DNA from: Octopus bimaculoides | Taxonomy: Eukaryota | Assembly: GCF_001194135.2 (NCBI RefSeq) | Contig: NC_068982.1 | Span: 58,498,384 to 58,537,779 of the forward strand | Direction: 5' to 3' | DNA length: 39,396 nt | Part shown: positions 22,283-34,440 of the stretch, one piece after another | Position numbering within the stretch: position 1 is the first letter of the stretch | Layout: every line of letters begins with the position of its first letter | Made by a program: the position numbers and the translations under genes | The notes under the pieces: model-generated | Told to the model about the DNA's origin: nothing | The model's input: only the letters and a program-made list of their open reading frames with translations | The model's database searches: none

Positions 22283-22285
<3 letters not shown>
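22031..22285 (+). mobile_element. Family D non-autonomous retroelement with RTE-like ends, young copy
   Basis: GGCATTAGGAAGGGCATCCAGCTGTAGAAAC (RTE 5'-region-like), and CCAACCCATGCTAGCATGGAAAGCAGACGTTAAAC followed by a (GAT)n-type tail. Confidence 0.85.
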
Positions 22286-22354
<69 letters not shown>

Positions 22355-23031
22355 GTGTGTATGTATGTATGTATGTATCTATGTGTATGTGTTTTTGTGT
22401 CTGTATTTGTTCGGCTAAAACCTTTGAAGGTGGTGCTCCAGCATGGCCACAGTTAAATGATTGAAAGAAGTAAGCAAAAGAATAAAAGAATGCTTTGTTT
22501 GTTGTTCCCTCACCTGTCTGTTTTGGTTTTGCATAATTTTGAACCCTATATATTTGTATGTGTGTGTATGGATAGTTATATGTGTGTGTGTGNNNNNNNN
22601 NNGGGGGGGGGTGAAGATGTTGTAGCGATTGTTAAGGTAGAGGTGATGAAGGTGATAGTACCAGGTGGTGGTGATAGTGGTGGTTGTCGTAGTGATGATT
22701 ATGATGGTGATGGTAGTGATGTTAGTGTTGCAGAGGTCACATTAGTAATTGTGTGGGCGGCTGTAACAGCATGACGATGGTGGTGGTGGTAGAGACATGA
22801 TGATGATGATGATGATAGTGATAATAAAAAACAGAGGATGTGGCATTAGCTCTTTAGTCGGAATGTATAGGGGTGGTGTGGAGATAAATAGAAAATATCT
22901 GTATTATTCACGTTCAATTTTCTGCTGAGTCAACACTATATGTAGCCCCCACCTACTGCTGTAGAGAGTGGTTGGCACCTTGATCAAAGAAATACCATTA
23001 TGAATCGTAGAATCCTGTTGGGATTATATTT

Positions 23032-23073
<42 letters not shown>

Positions 23074-23099
23074 TGTACACACGTATATATTTATCTATT

Positions 23100-23478
23100 A
23101 TCATTTGTTTCAGTCATTTGACTGTGGCCATGCTGGGGTACTGCCTTGATGGGGTTTTAGTTGAGCAAATTGAACTCAGGACATTTTTTTTGAAGCTTAG
23201 TACTTATTCTATTGGTCTCTTTTGCTGAACCACTAAGTTACAAGGACATACAAAAACATGTACACACTCATGTGCACACACAAATGTTTGTGTGTTTATC
23301 TATATATACATATATATATATATATGACAAGCTCTTTTCAGTTTTTATCTACCAAATTAATTCACAAGGCTTTGGTTGGCCCAAGGTTATAGTAGAAGAA
23401 ATTTGCCCAATGTGCAATGCAGTGGGACTGAACCCAGAACTATGTGGCTGGGAAGCAAGCCTCTTACCACACAACCAC
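23100..23478 (-). mobile_element. SINE family B
   Basis: Reverse complement of head and body: ACTGAACCCAGAACTATGTGGCTGGGAAGCAAGCCTCTTACCACACAACCAC. Confidence 0.8.
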
Positions 23479-24480
23479 ATACATACATATATACACAAGC
23501 ATACACACACACACACACACATAGATGAGATCCAGAGAGTCTCAGAATAGAAAACAGTAGAGTTCAAATGATTCAAACTTTGACTCCAATATCTTTACAG
23601 GGGATCAATTCCAGGGGGTGAAGAATGGCTATAAGAAAGATCAAGATATAGTTAATATATCTAAATTGTTTATCTGCATAATTGCCTCTGTCTTTCTCTC
23701 TCTCTCTCATGCTCTCTCTCTCTCTCTCTACACACACATGCACACTTTAAACTTGCTTTTATATAAACCACTTTATTTTGGTATCAGCTAGTAGACAAAG
23801 GGTGCAGGGGAATATATACTAAGTATTGACCCCTGCAGTGTATAATAGTTAATACATTTGAACTTACTGCTACACTATTGATATCTCATAGTAAAATAAT
23901 ACAGAAATTTTCACCAAACATCAGCTGTTGGTAATGTAAGTAGTCAATCACAGATACCTTTCTGTTAATAATAACATTGAATATCCTTACTATACTAATG
24001 GTCATTGAATACTAATAGTACTAGTGGTCAGTCAGTACCAATACCACTAATGGTCATTAAGCATTTGTTAGTACTGGTGTGTGGTAGTTGTCTTAGTACT
24101 GGTGGAGTGTGTATTGTGTCTACTGCTATTACTAAATGTTATAATTGTTAAGTATTCTTGTTCATGATGCACTTTGGAGTAAATAACTCATCTTCAGAAC
24201 GTATTCAGGAATAGATTGGATGTAGGGTCTGACCATAGGATATTCCTCGTGATCTATTGGACACCCTACTCCATCCTTTAGATGTCCATCCCCTATGAAC
24301 AATTTCTTACCAAATCCTTGCTCGACATTCCTCCAGATGTCAAGCATCATCAAATGCTTGTTTTAGTTTCTCTATAATATATTTTAGATAAATTTTTGGC
24401 CAATTTCTTTTCAGCTTACTTTTGTGTTCTTTCTGTTCTTTTTACTAGATATGTCTAAGTAGGTTGTTTGGCAACTTTAG

Positions 24481-24702
24481 CCCTTTCAGTACCAACCCGG
24501 CTGAAGCCACCTCTGGCTTTGTAGTACAAATGTCTTGTTTTCATAAGTCTTGAATTAAAATCCTCCACCAAACCTTAATCGCAATTTATGTTCCTAACAC
24601 TAGCTGAATAATAACTGAGTTATTTTACTAAATTCTTTGTTATATTTAAAATTAATTGAAAGAAATACAGAGCATTTCAAAATAAATACAGTAATGAAAA
24701 CG
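24481..24702. mobile_element. piggyBac-type MITE (~220 bp)
   Basis: Starts CCCTTTCAGTACCAACCCGGCTGAA after TTAG (24477-24480). Ends GTAATGAAAACG before TTAA (24703-24706). Termini resemble those of the piggyBac at 36222. Confidence 0.75.
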
Positions 24703-25167
24703 TTAAAGGATCTGTTCAATTAAGCTGTCTATCATGACCATGAAAAAAAGCATGTACCTCCTTCAAATCAACATCGCCTGTACCAGTACATGGTGTGCTA
24801 CACATCAGCTGTTTAAGTGATCACAGGGCAATGTGGAATGAAGTGTTTTGCTCCGGTACACAATGCACTACCTGGTCTGGGAATTGAAATCACGAACTTG
24901 TGATCATGAGTGCCAGACCCTAACCACTAGGCCATGCACCTAACAGTTACAAAAATAGTCCATGCTAATTATCTTTTTAATTAATTATAAGTTATTAATG
25001 TGATTGTCAAATATCTCTTTAAAAGCACCCTAAAAAACAAAGAGTGAGTTTTAAAATCAGTATGAGTACACAATAAAGAAAAAGTTGCCATAGCTAGAAT
25101 AGTAAAGTTGTGATATATGTTATTCCGCCATTCCAGCAATCATCAGCATTTTAATATTTGGCACCAT

Positions 25168-25322
25168 TAAGGCAGTGAGCTGACAGAATCGTTAGTACAT
25201 TGAGCAAAGTGCTTAATGGCATTTTGTCTGTCTTCTGAGTACAAATTCTGCTGAGGTTGACTTTGTCTTTAATCCTTTCAGGGTTGGTAAAATAAATACC
25301 AGTTAAGTACTAGGATTTGATG
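25168..25322 (+). mobile_element. SINE family A, partial
   Basis: AAGGCAGTGAGCTGACAGAATCGTTAG head and the ATCCTTTCAGGGTTGGTAAAATAAATACCAG body. Confidence 0.75.
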
Positions 25323-25329
25323 CAAGTCC

Positions 25330-25620
25330 CCCTTGCACGACACCTTGGGTAAATCTCTGCCTTGTGAATAGGTTCAGTAGGCAGAAAGTGTGTGGAAATC
25401 CATTGTATATGTGTTTGTGTGTGTGTGTGTCTTTATATTTGTGTTTGTTCCCTCTGTCCATCACTTGGTAACCGTTATATTCCTGTAAAAGTGACCAATA
25501 GAATAAGTATCAGATTTTAAAAACTAAGTACTGAGGTCAATTTGTTTAACTAATCCCTTCAAAATGGTGCCTCAATACAGCTGCAGCTTGATGACTGAAA
25601 CAGGTAAAACATAAAAGCTA
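25330..25620 (+). mobile_element. SINE family B-like, decayed
   Basis: CACCTTGGGTAAAT core and the GACTGAAACAGGTAAAACATAAAA tail. Confidence 0.6.
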
Positions 25621-26651
25621 TAAGATGTGTATGCATCCATTATCATCATTATCATCTTTTTCTTTTTTTAACATCTGTTTTTCATGCTGGCATTAGTTGG
25701 ACAGTTTGACCAGAGCTGTCAAACAGGTGAGCTGCACCAGGTTCAAGTCTGATCTGGCTTGGTTTCTACCGCTGGACGCCCTTCCTAATGCCAACCCCTT
25801 TTACAGTGTATGCTGAGTGTTTTTAACATAACACTAGTACAAACACTTTTACATAGCACCGACACAAGTGCTTTTTATGTATGTATAAAATTTACTTAAA
25901 CTTACAATGGAACCCAGAAGAAACAATAATACAATCACATGGTTCAATCTCTCCCCCTCATTGCCTGACACATCTATTTTGTAATACAAAAGTGTACTTA
26001 CACATTGAGAAAGTGTCTAAGCATGCAAAAAACACCCACCAAAAAATAAAACAAAAACATGTCTAGTTAAAATTATATGCAATAAAACTCATAAAATGTC
26101 TATTTTATGTCAGCTCTATGTAGACCTCTATATTCTTGAAAGAATTCATGAATAGCTGTCTTGCTAAGTTGTCAACAAAAACTCTTTCCCTGCCGTATTT
26201 GTGTCCTTCTGTGAATGCAGTTGCGAAAAAACAAATGTGTTTACTTTGAAGATGCATTTGGATGTGCATGTGGTGTGCATGTTTTTGTTATTAATATTAC
26301 TATATTTTCAAATAATTATGCATGTTTATATGTATACTGTTAGAATATCTCTTTTTGTTTGTTCATTTATTTATTCGAAGCTTGTTGTTACTGTTTTATC
26401 TTTTCCTGGTTTTCTCAGAAATTGTCTTTTACTCTTCTTCATACCCACTCCTTTATAGAAAACATCTGATAGCAGACATAACAAAAAAAAAAAAAAAAAA
26501 AATCATTACAAAAAAAAAGACAAAAAAGGACAGGAACAACAAAATACATTCTTACCATCATCCATAAACTGCAATACAACAGCACTAAGAACAACAATAT
26601 TAGGAAAGTTAAGTAAAATAAAAGGCCCCCAGTAAAAAAAAAAGATTAATA

Positions 26652-26685
<34 letters not shown>

Positions 26686-27232
26686 GCCTGTCCATATGTA
26701 CGAAATGTTCATAGGATAATGCTGATATCTGCTCAACTTTTGAGAGTCTGCTGTTATAAATTGACAGGCACATTTCTTTCATCTCCTCTGGCATATAAAA
26801 ACACCAAAATAACGTCCTACCACAACCACAAGAATACTGGTATTTTAAAGACAAACAAACTTAGATATTGTTATATCCAGCTGGTGGATGGCACAATAAG
26901 TAAATAAGTATTATACACCTCATATTTCTATGCATTGCTTGTTAGTTCTTCTTTTTTTGTTTGTCAGCGTCTTTAAAGAAGACATTCATTGGTGTGTTTT
27001 GATCTTAACGGCAGTTCTTTTTTCTAGTTCTCTCTAAACCTATCACCAATGGCACCCACCCCCCAAAACACTGAATGACTGGAATATTAGACTATTAGGT
27101 CTTAGATTGTGAGTCCGTGCTACACTCGATTCATGCCACTTGATTTTGCTTGAAGTAAAAAATACTTTATTTTGTTTCACTTTAATGTACTGCAGGGCTT
27201 CTATGAAAGTTATTGACAATAGACTAGCTTGG

Positions 27233-27264
<32 letters not shown>

Positions 27265-27538
27265 GAGAGAGAGAGAGAGAGCATCTTGTCATCTTCATTT
27301 AGAAAAATAACTTGGTATTTTTCGATATTTTCCTACTCCTCAAAATCATAACTGACTGTAAATTTGATTCTGCATCAACTTCTTCTAACAGAACATTCAA
27401 TCAATCAATAAGTATAACGATAACATTGTCAAGTTACGTAACTAAATTTTCAAATTTTCCAAAGACCATTCTAAAACGATTATAAACACACACACAGGCT
27501 CGCTCACACTTATATAATCTTTACATATTTCTAAATAT

Positions 27539-27590
<52 letters not shown>

Positions 27591-27767
27591 TCACACATAT
27601 ACAGAAATACTGGACACATGCTTTTCACTTGCTCCAGTTATCCTTTCCTATTCTGTTGTTTCCATGTCTATTCTATCTTTCAGAAGAAAAGTGAATACTT
27701 GAAAATGTTAAAGACATTTCTTTCGCCATTTTTATCATTCCATTTCCTAATACCAACTGTTTGTTAA

Positions 27768-27995
27768 ATCCTTTAGTATTTAAACCAGCCATATCCAGCT
27801 CAAATATTCTACTTGTTTTATGGTCAAACTGGCCAGATCCAGCTTCTACACTACAACCTCTAAACTACAATGTCATTATAAAAATAAGCAATCATATTAT
27901 CAAAATTTCGAAGGTATGAAATAATGCATAATTAATTCAAGGTAATGTGAATAAATTAGCATTATATTTGACAGAATAATCTGAATACAAAAGGG
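27768..27995. mobile_element. TTAA-flanked MITE, second family (~230 bp)
   Basis: TTAA (27764-27767), then ATCCTTTAGTATTTAAACCAGCCATATCCAG ... GAATACAAAAGGG, then TTAA (27996-27999). A 41-bp reverse-orientation terminus of the same family lies at 14441-14481. Confidence 0.75.
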
Positions 27996-28049
27996 TTAAT
28001 TCTTTACCACATCTTTGTTTAGTATTCTTCATAAAACATTTGCACCACT

Positions 28050-28427
28050 AGAAGACCCGGCAAGCCAAGTAAGATCGTTGCCAGTGCCCCTGGACTGGCT
28101 TGTGCGGGTGGCACATAAAAGACACCATTTCGAGCGTGGCCGTTGCCAGTATCGCCTGACTGGCCTTCGTGCAGGTGACACGTAAAAGCACCTACTACAC
28201 TCTCTGAGTGGTTGGCGTTAGGAAGGGCATCCAGCTGTAGAAACTCTGCCAAATTTAGATTGGAGCCTGGTGTTGCCATCCGGTTTCACCAGTCCTCAGT
28301 CAAATCGTCCAACCCATGCTAGCATGGAAAGCAGACGTTAAACGATAAACGATGATGATGTATCTATGCAAGCATGTATCTATGCAAGCATGTATTCACA
28401 TGGAAAGCGGACGTTAAACGATGATGA

Positions 28428-28430
<3 letters not shown>
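28050..28430 (+). mobile_element. Family D element with a locally duplicated 3' tail
   Basis: Same body as 22031-22285. The tail CATGGAAAGC(A/G)GACGTTAAACGATGATG occurs twice (~28322 and ~28389), separated by two copies of TATCTATGCAAGCATG. Confidence 0.85.
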
Positions 28431-28470
<40 letters not shown>

Positions 28471-28480
28471 CATACATACA

Positions 28481-28512
<32 letters not shown>

Positions 28513-28610
28513 GTGAGTTCAAACAAGAAAAACAACAAAAAACTGGTGGGTCGAAACATGTTGCACCCAAGAAAAAATTAATACTGAATCCATCTCCTGT
28601 AAATTGATTT

Positions 28611-28642
<32 letters not shown>

Positions 28643-28738
28643 CATGTATGTATGTTTTGTAATTGCACAAATTGTACTAACCAAAATTCTCTCTAAATCA
28701 TTTTCTACTTCTAGAACTTTATGTTCACTGACCATAGT

Positions 28739-28816
28739 AGAGGTTTAAAGATTAGGGTTCCCTGATGAGGTATAATAAGATTGAAACATACTGAAACCTC
28801 TTAGGGTAGTTTCTAA
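28739..28816 (+). ncRNA. Degenerate hammerhead-ribozyme-like motif
   Basis: CUGAUGA at 28762-28768, stem II GGUAU/AUACU, GAAA at 28793-28796. Stem III is possible in two topologies; stem I is imperfect. Confidence 0.45.
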
Positions 28817-28896
28817 AAAAATATCAAATTTTTATCCTAAGCATAAAAATTAATAATTCATTGGAAATCATTCTCAATTTCCAGAAATTAAATATA

Positions 28897-29320
28897 GGTG
28901 CAGGTATAGCTGTGTGGTTAAGAACCTTGTTTGACAGCCATGTGGTTTCAGGTTCAGTTCTATTACACAGTATCTTGGGCAAACCTCTATTATAGCCCCT
29001 AGGTGACCAATGCCTTGGGAATGAATTTGGCAGACGGAAATTGTATCGAAGCCTGTTGTATATACACAACAATATCGATGTGTCATTGTGTCTGTGTTTG
29101 CATCCCTCCCCCCACTGCTTGACAATCAGTGTTGGTTTGTCTACATCCGTGTAACTTAGTGGTTCAGCAAAAGAAACTCAATAAAATAAGTACCAAATCA
29201 ACAGAAAAAAAAGAAGAAAAATAGTACTGGCTTGAATATGTTTGACTAAAACCCTTCGAAGGCAGAACCCCAGCATGGCTGCAATCCAATGACTGAAAAA
29301 AGTAAAAAATAAAAGAAATT
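28897..29320 (+). mobile_element. SINE family B
   Basis: GGTGCAGGTATAGCTGTGTGGTTAAGAACCTTG head, CAGGTTCAGTTC B-box and CTTGGGCAAAC core. Confidence 0.8.
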
Positions 29321-30379
29321 ATCTACTTTTGTTTAAGAATTTCTGACAACTACCTCTAAAGTTTGTTATCCTCCTCCACCTAAGAGATAAATTTCAATTC
29401 TTTTGCTTTTGTTTTTTTNNNNNNNNNNTCGTTCAGTACATCATCATCATCTGTCCGAATTATTTAAGCTACAACCATTTGAGTTGTTTACCTTATGGTT
29501 TGTAATTATGAATTGTGTTGTCATCCTGATTCGCTCTCAGTCCTTATCTGGGTGTTTTTTTCATCTTTTCCCTTTTTATCTTCTAGTCTCTTTGTTTGCT
29601 TATTATTCTGCCTCATTTTTCTTTCTGTTTTCCTCCTTTAATCACCTCCTTCTTCTTCTTTCTCCTCCGTCATCTACATCACTGCTGTCATCATCACCAA
29701 AAGCTCCCATCCTATACTCCTTGCACGTTCTCATCCACCTTCTTTCCTCCAACTCCCACCTTTTCTTCCCCGACTACTCCTTCTCTTCCAGTTCTACATC
29801 AAAAACCCAATATTCAAATGTGATGAAGAACAAACTAGAAAGGTTGAGAGCTAGAGAGAGAGAGAGAGAGCAAGAAGTAAAGAAAGAGTATATAGGAGAA
29901 AGAGAGAGGAGAGGGTAAAGGATGAATTTAAAAGACTTTTAAAGCAGGTGACAGAACATCTGTATGCAAAATAAACGATTTAATTAAAGGAAAACAGGTT
30001 TAAACTTCTTGGATAGATAGGATAGGAGAAGGAATATGCTTTCGGTTCTCTGCCACAGCAGCAGGAGGTTGGGGAGAGAAGGAAGAATTGTTATGTAAAT
30101 AAATAAATATTAAATGAATAAACGAATAAATATTAAAAGAAAAATGAAATATAACAGTTTATATAAACACTGAATAAAAGTCATAATTTTAATGAATACA
30201 CACACACATATACATATACTGAGAGAGGGAGAGAGAGAGAAAAGCATGTAGATACATATATACACATACATATGTACATTACATACACCATACAGTAATT
30301 ATATAACCCAAAATTGTTGTTTTCATTTATGTGTTTAATTCAACATTTTAAATTTTAGTTACACACATGCATATAAATG

Positions 30380-30522
30380 TATGCATATATATATATAAAT
30401 ATATATATGCATACATATATATATATAAATATATATATATATATGCATACATATATATATATAAATATATATATATATATGCATACATATATATATATAA
30501 ATATATATATATATATGCATAC

Positions 30523-30554
<32 letters not shown>

Positions 30555-30560
30555 GCATGC
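30380..30560. repeat. Higher-order ~30-bp repeat built from (TA)n
   Basis: Unit approximately ATGCATACATATATATATATAAATATATAT, about 5 copies. Confidence 0.8.
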
Positions 30561-30597
<37 letters not shown>

Positions 30598-31227
30598 TAT
30601 ATGCATATGTATGTGTGCATATATATATGTTTAGATGTATATGTGTATGTATGTATGTATGTGAGTGTGTGCGCTTGTGTGTGTGCACACGCACAGTGCA
30701 TAATTGAAAGAGAGAGTAGAATAAATATAAAAATGATTTGCGAAAACGTCACAAAATGAATTGAAGGTTTTAGAAAAATATAATTTTCTTTTTTTAACTC
30801 CAAATTTTCCAAACTGGCAGAAAGAGAAACCCAAGACAAACAAACAAGCGAACTAAGAAAGTAACTACCAAGTGGAATTGTTATTCCTGATTATAAAAGT
30901 AGTTTACAGAAAGGGGAAATGTCTTTGATAGAAATAGCAAAAGATTGTTAAAGGAAATAATATGGTTTTGGAATTTAATTAAAATGGAGAGTGCTTCCTA
31001 TTTCTTTTTTGAGGGTTTTGTTTTATATTTAGTTTTGTTTCAGCTGTTTTCTTACAAGTGTGGAAAAGTGAATTGGATGGAAGAGAGAGAGAGAAGGGGG
31101 AAACAGAAAGTGATTGAGACATATTGTAGAGAAAATCAGATCGAGAGAAAGAGAGGGGAGACAGTAAGAAGAGAGATACAGATAGCTTCAGCAAGATATT
31201 TATTTGTCAATATAGTTTCTGTCATTA

Positions 31228-31440
31228 AGGCAAGCTGGCAGAATCATTAGCACGCTGGGCAAAATGCTTAGCGGCATTTTGTCCGTCTTTATGTTCTGAG
31301 TTCAAATTCTTCTGAAGTCAACTTTGCCTTTCATGCTATTTTGGGGATTGAAATAAGCACCTGTTATGCACTAAGGTCGATGTAATTGACTTATCCCCTG
31401 CCCTAAGTTGCTGGCCTTGTGCCAAATTTTGAAGCCAATT
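31228..31440 (+). mobile_element. SINE family A
   Basis: AAGGCAAGCTGGCAGAATCATTAGCACGCTGGGCAAAATGCTTAGCGG..CTGAGTTCAAATTC. Confidence 0.8.
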
Positions 31441-31556
31441 TAGTGTTTGTCATTTCCAATCCCATAAACTTCTATAATATATAAAGAGTAACATCAATGC
31501 CATTTTCTGTTTACTTAATTGATTGTATATATATATATATCCTTCTCTCCCTATAA

Positions 31557-31599
<43 letters not shown>

Positions 31600-33469
31600 N
31601 NNNNNNNNNNNNNNNNNNNNNNNNNNNNNNNNNNNNNNNNNNNNNNNNNNNNNNNNNNNNNNNNNNNNNNNNNNNNNNNNNNNNNNNNNNNNNNNNNNNN
31701 NNNNNNNNNNNNNNNNNNNNNNNNNNNNNNNNNNNNNNNNNNNNNNNNNNNNNNNNNNNNNNNNNNNNNNNNNNNNNNNNNNNNNNNNNNNNNNNNNNNN
31801 NNNNNNNNNNNNNNNNNNNNNNNNNNNNNNNNNNNNNNNNNNNNNNNNNNNNNNNNNNNNNNNNNNNNNNNNNNNNNNNNNNNNNNNNNNNNNNNNNNNN
31901 NNNNNNNNNNNNNNNNNNNNNNNNNNNNNNNNNNNNNNNNNNNNNNNNNNNNNNNNNNNNNNNNAACTCAGTTCTGAACCTGGTCAAGGAGATTCAAGTG
32001 ATAAAATGGAGCACCTGACCAAATAATGAGGTTTAATGAGTATAAGTACATGGAATACAAAAATACAGAGTATAAAAAGAAAGAAAAGGAGTTTTGTAAG
32101 ATAACTTATATATAACTCCTCTTGTTTTTGTATTCTTGATTCTGATACTCTGTATCACAGGGGCCCAGTAGACCATTAGGTTGGCTGTGGAGACAGCAGA
32201 GGTCGCTTCAAGGTGTGAGCCCTGGAAAGAGCAGTGCTACCAGGAGTAGAGTGCTAAATGTACTGGACAAAAGCTGGGGATTTAGCGACTTTAACTGGAT
32301 CACCTCAGTCTGAGCATCTAATGCTGAAAGACCTAAAACATCTAATGACTCCAGAAAACCTTACTGATGATGTGTCCAGGTGCATTACAGAATGATGTGC
32401 TGAAAAAAAACACCCACATGTTATTTATCTGCCTTCCTGCTTATATATGTAAACCTACAGAGTAAACATACTAACATGGTGAATTTAACTATTTCTTCAT
32501 AGACTGGAAAAAAATGATGAACATCTTCAATCAATTTTTAAACATTACTGGGTTCTTATCAGAGGTATCACTTGACTAATTCCAGAGAAATAAGCAACCA
32601 ATATATTTATATACTTAACAAATCCAGTGGCTACTAATTTGCATACCATTAGGGTTTAACACTTACTTTTCACATCAGTGGCCTGTTAACGAGGGACCTC
32701 AGTCCACAGTTTCAAGATATGATATATATAGTATATGTAAACCTATCATGTGTGTGTGTATGTGTGTATAGAGAGAGTGTGAGAGAGAGAAAGAAAGAGA
32801 GAGATTGAGAGAGAGAGAGAGAGAGAGAGAGAGCTAGACAGATAGATAGATTATTAAAGCAGAAAAAAGAAAAGAAAAAGAAGCAATGACTTCTCAGAAT
32901 TTCAACATGTCCTCTCTTAGAATTGAAAGATAGATAAGTAATAATCTGGTTGTGTTCCTCCCTATTATCCATTCCCCTCTTCCCAAACCCATTTTATCAA
33001 TATATGGGTGCATTTGTGTTGACTGAGAGTGAAAGAGAGGAAGGAAAGGAAAGAGAGAGAGATGGAGAGAAAAGAAGCAGAAAGCTTAAAATATTTCAGT
33101 TAATGTAGATTTGAAATTGTTTGATGTATGACCTCGAAGTAAGTTTTCTAACATTACAAATCTGAATGTCTGATGAGACAAATAAATGAAGTTTTTCAAA
33201 ATATTAATTGTTCTGAATGACAGGCTTATACATAAAGCCTGCCTAAATTTATTCTACCTCTGAAAATGTTAAATAAGTAAAACAAACCTTAAATATTTAG
33301 TCACTCCTTGGTTATGATGTTGAGTACCCTTTGAAGTAAACTTCAGCAAGTACCTTTTATTAAAGGGTCGATCTAAGTGTTCTGAGTAAAATTTGGAAGA
33401 GAGAATCTCTGTGGATGCCTCAGTGATACATAAACAAATATGTACATTGACAGATGCAAAAGCCATGTT

Positions 33470-34440
33470 CCACATTTTAATTTAACTTCTTTTAATAAAA
33501 TAGCAACAATTAAATTCTCCCTTTAAATTTTCTTTGTGGATATTGGAAACTAATTTCAGCTAACTGTGGGATACGACAACTAGAAAATGGTTTAGATTTT
33601 CAGTTTCCCAGAGTTGAATCCTTTTCAGGCGATGTTCTGTGATTGTTTGAAAGTTTTTTTGTCAAACACTATTCTTCAGTTTCTGCCTTAATTCTTTGTA
33701 ATCTTGTTCACAAGACTAATCTCTTTTGATAACCAGCAAAAAGAAGAAAGCTGCTGCATGCTTTTCTTTGAAGGCAACAGGGCAATTTACTATAGACTTA
33801 GCAGCTGACTTCTGAAACTGCCCCACATCTGATTACAGGTGTTTGATGTAATACCCAACTCGATAATGTTTAGACATTGAATAATTGGATGCATGATGGT
33901 TCTATCACTTTCTGTGCAGCTTGAGTAGGTTTGGCTTTCAAACCTGCCATACTTGTAGAGTTTATTGAGATCTACTTCCATCAAATTGTAACATTACCAG
34001 CCTAATGACATTTGAAAATCATCCTTAATCCCAAATCTGAAAGACTCCAAAAGTGACTATTCAGGTTGTTATCTTCAATGTCCAGAATTCTTCTCAGACC
34101 AGCATCATTCACTCTTTTGCTTAACTTTATACAATGTTACCAATAACATTGCTCTGCTGATAAAACACAGTATCTGCCAGCATTTTCCAAACACCAGACA
34201 CCAGCATTGAACAGCATTTCACCCAAAATAGCAGCTCAAATCAAATATGAGCTCCAGAAATACATGCCACACAAATGGCAATGATACTTGCTCACCATCA
34301 TTGTAATACGAGATCACTGAAGATATAATCTCAACATATATCTGTGCATCATCAGTAATGATAGCCCAAGACCCTCCTTTGGTAGCCATCAGTTATTGAC
34401 TCTTAGCTTTAAGGCTGAGACAACTCCCTTGACCAGATTT
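33470..34440 (-). mobile_element. Decayed L1/Tx1-type LINE ORF2 3' fragment
   Basis: Minus-strand KLYKYGRFESQTYSSCTESDRTIMHPIIQCLNIIEL resembles the C-terminal CxxC..ET..H....C zinc-knuckle region of Tx1/L1 ORF2. Upstream IITDDAQIYV may be a decayed YADD motif. Many stops and frameshifts. Recognised from memory, not aligned. Confidence 0.55.

Noticed and set aside
24162-24420. 63-aa ORF, possibly a LINE relic
   Set aside because: No motif could be assigned confidently in any frame.
26609-26854. Protein-like minus-strand ORF (EEMKEMCLSIYNSRLSKVEQISALSYEHF)
   Set aside because: No convincing donor, runs into an (ATT)n tract, no recognisable homology.
32364-32400. CUGAUGA followed by a UGU/ACA stem
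   Set aside because: It is followed by GAAU rather than GAAA, with no stem I or III.
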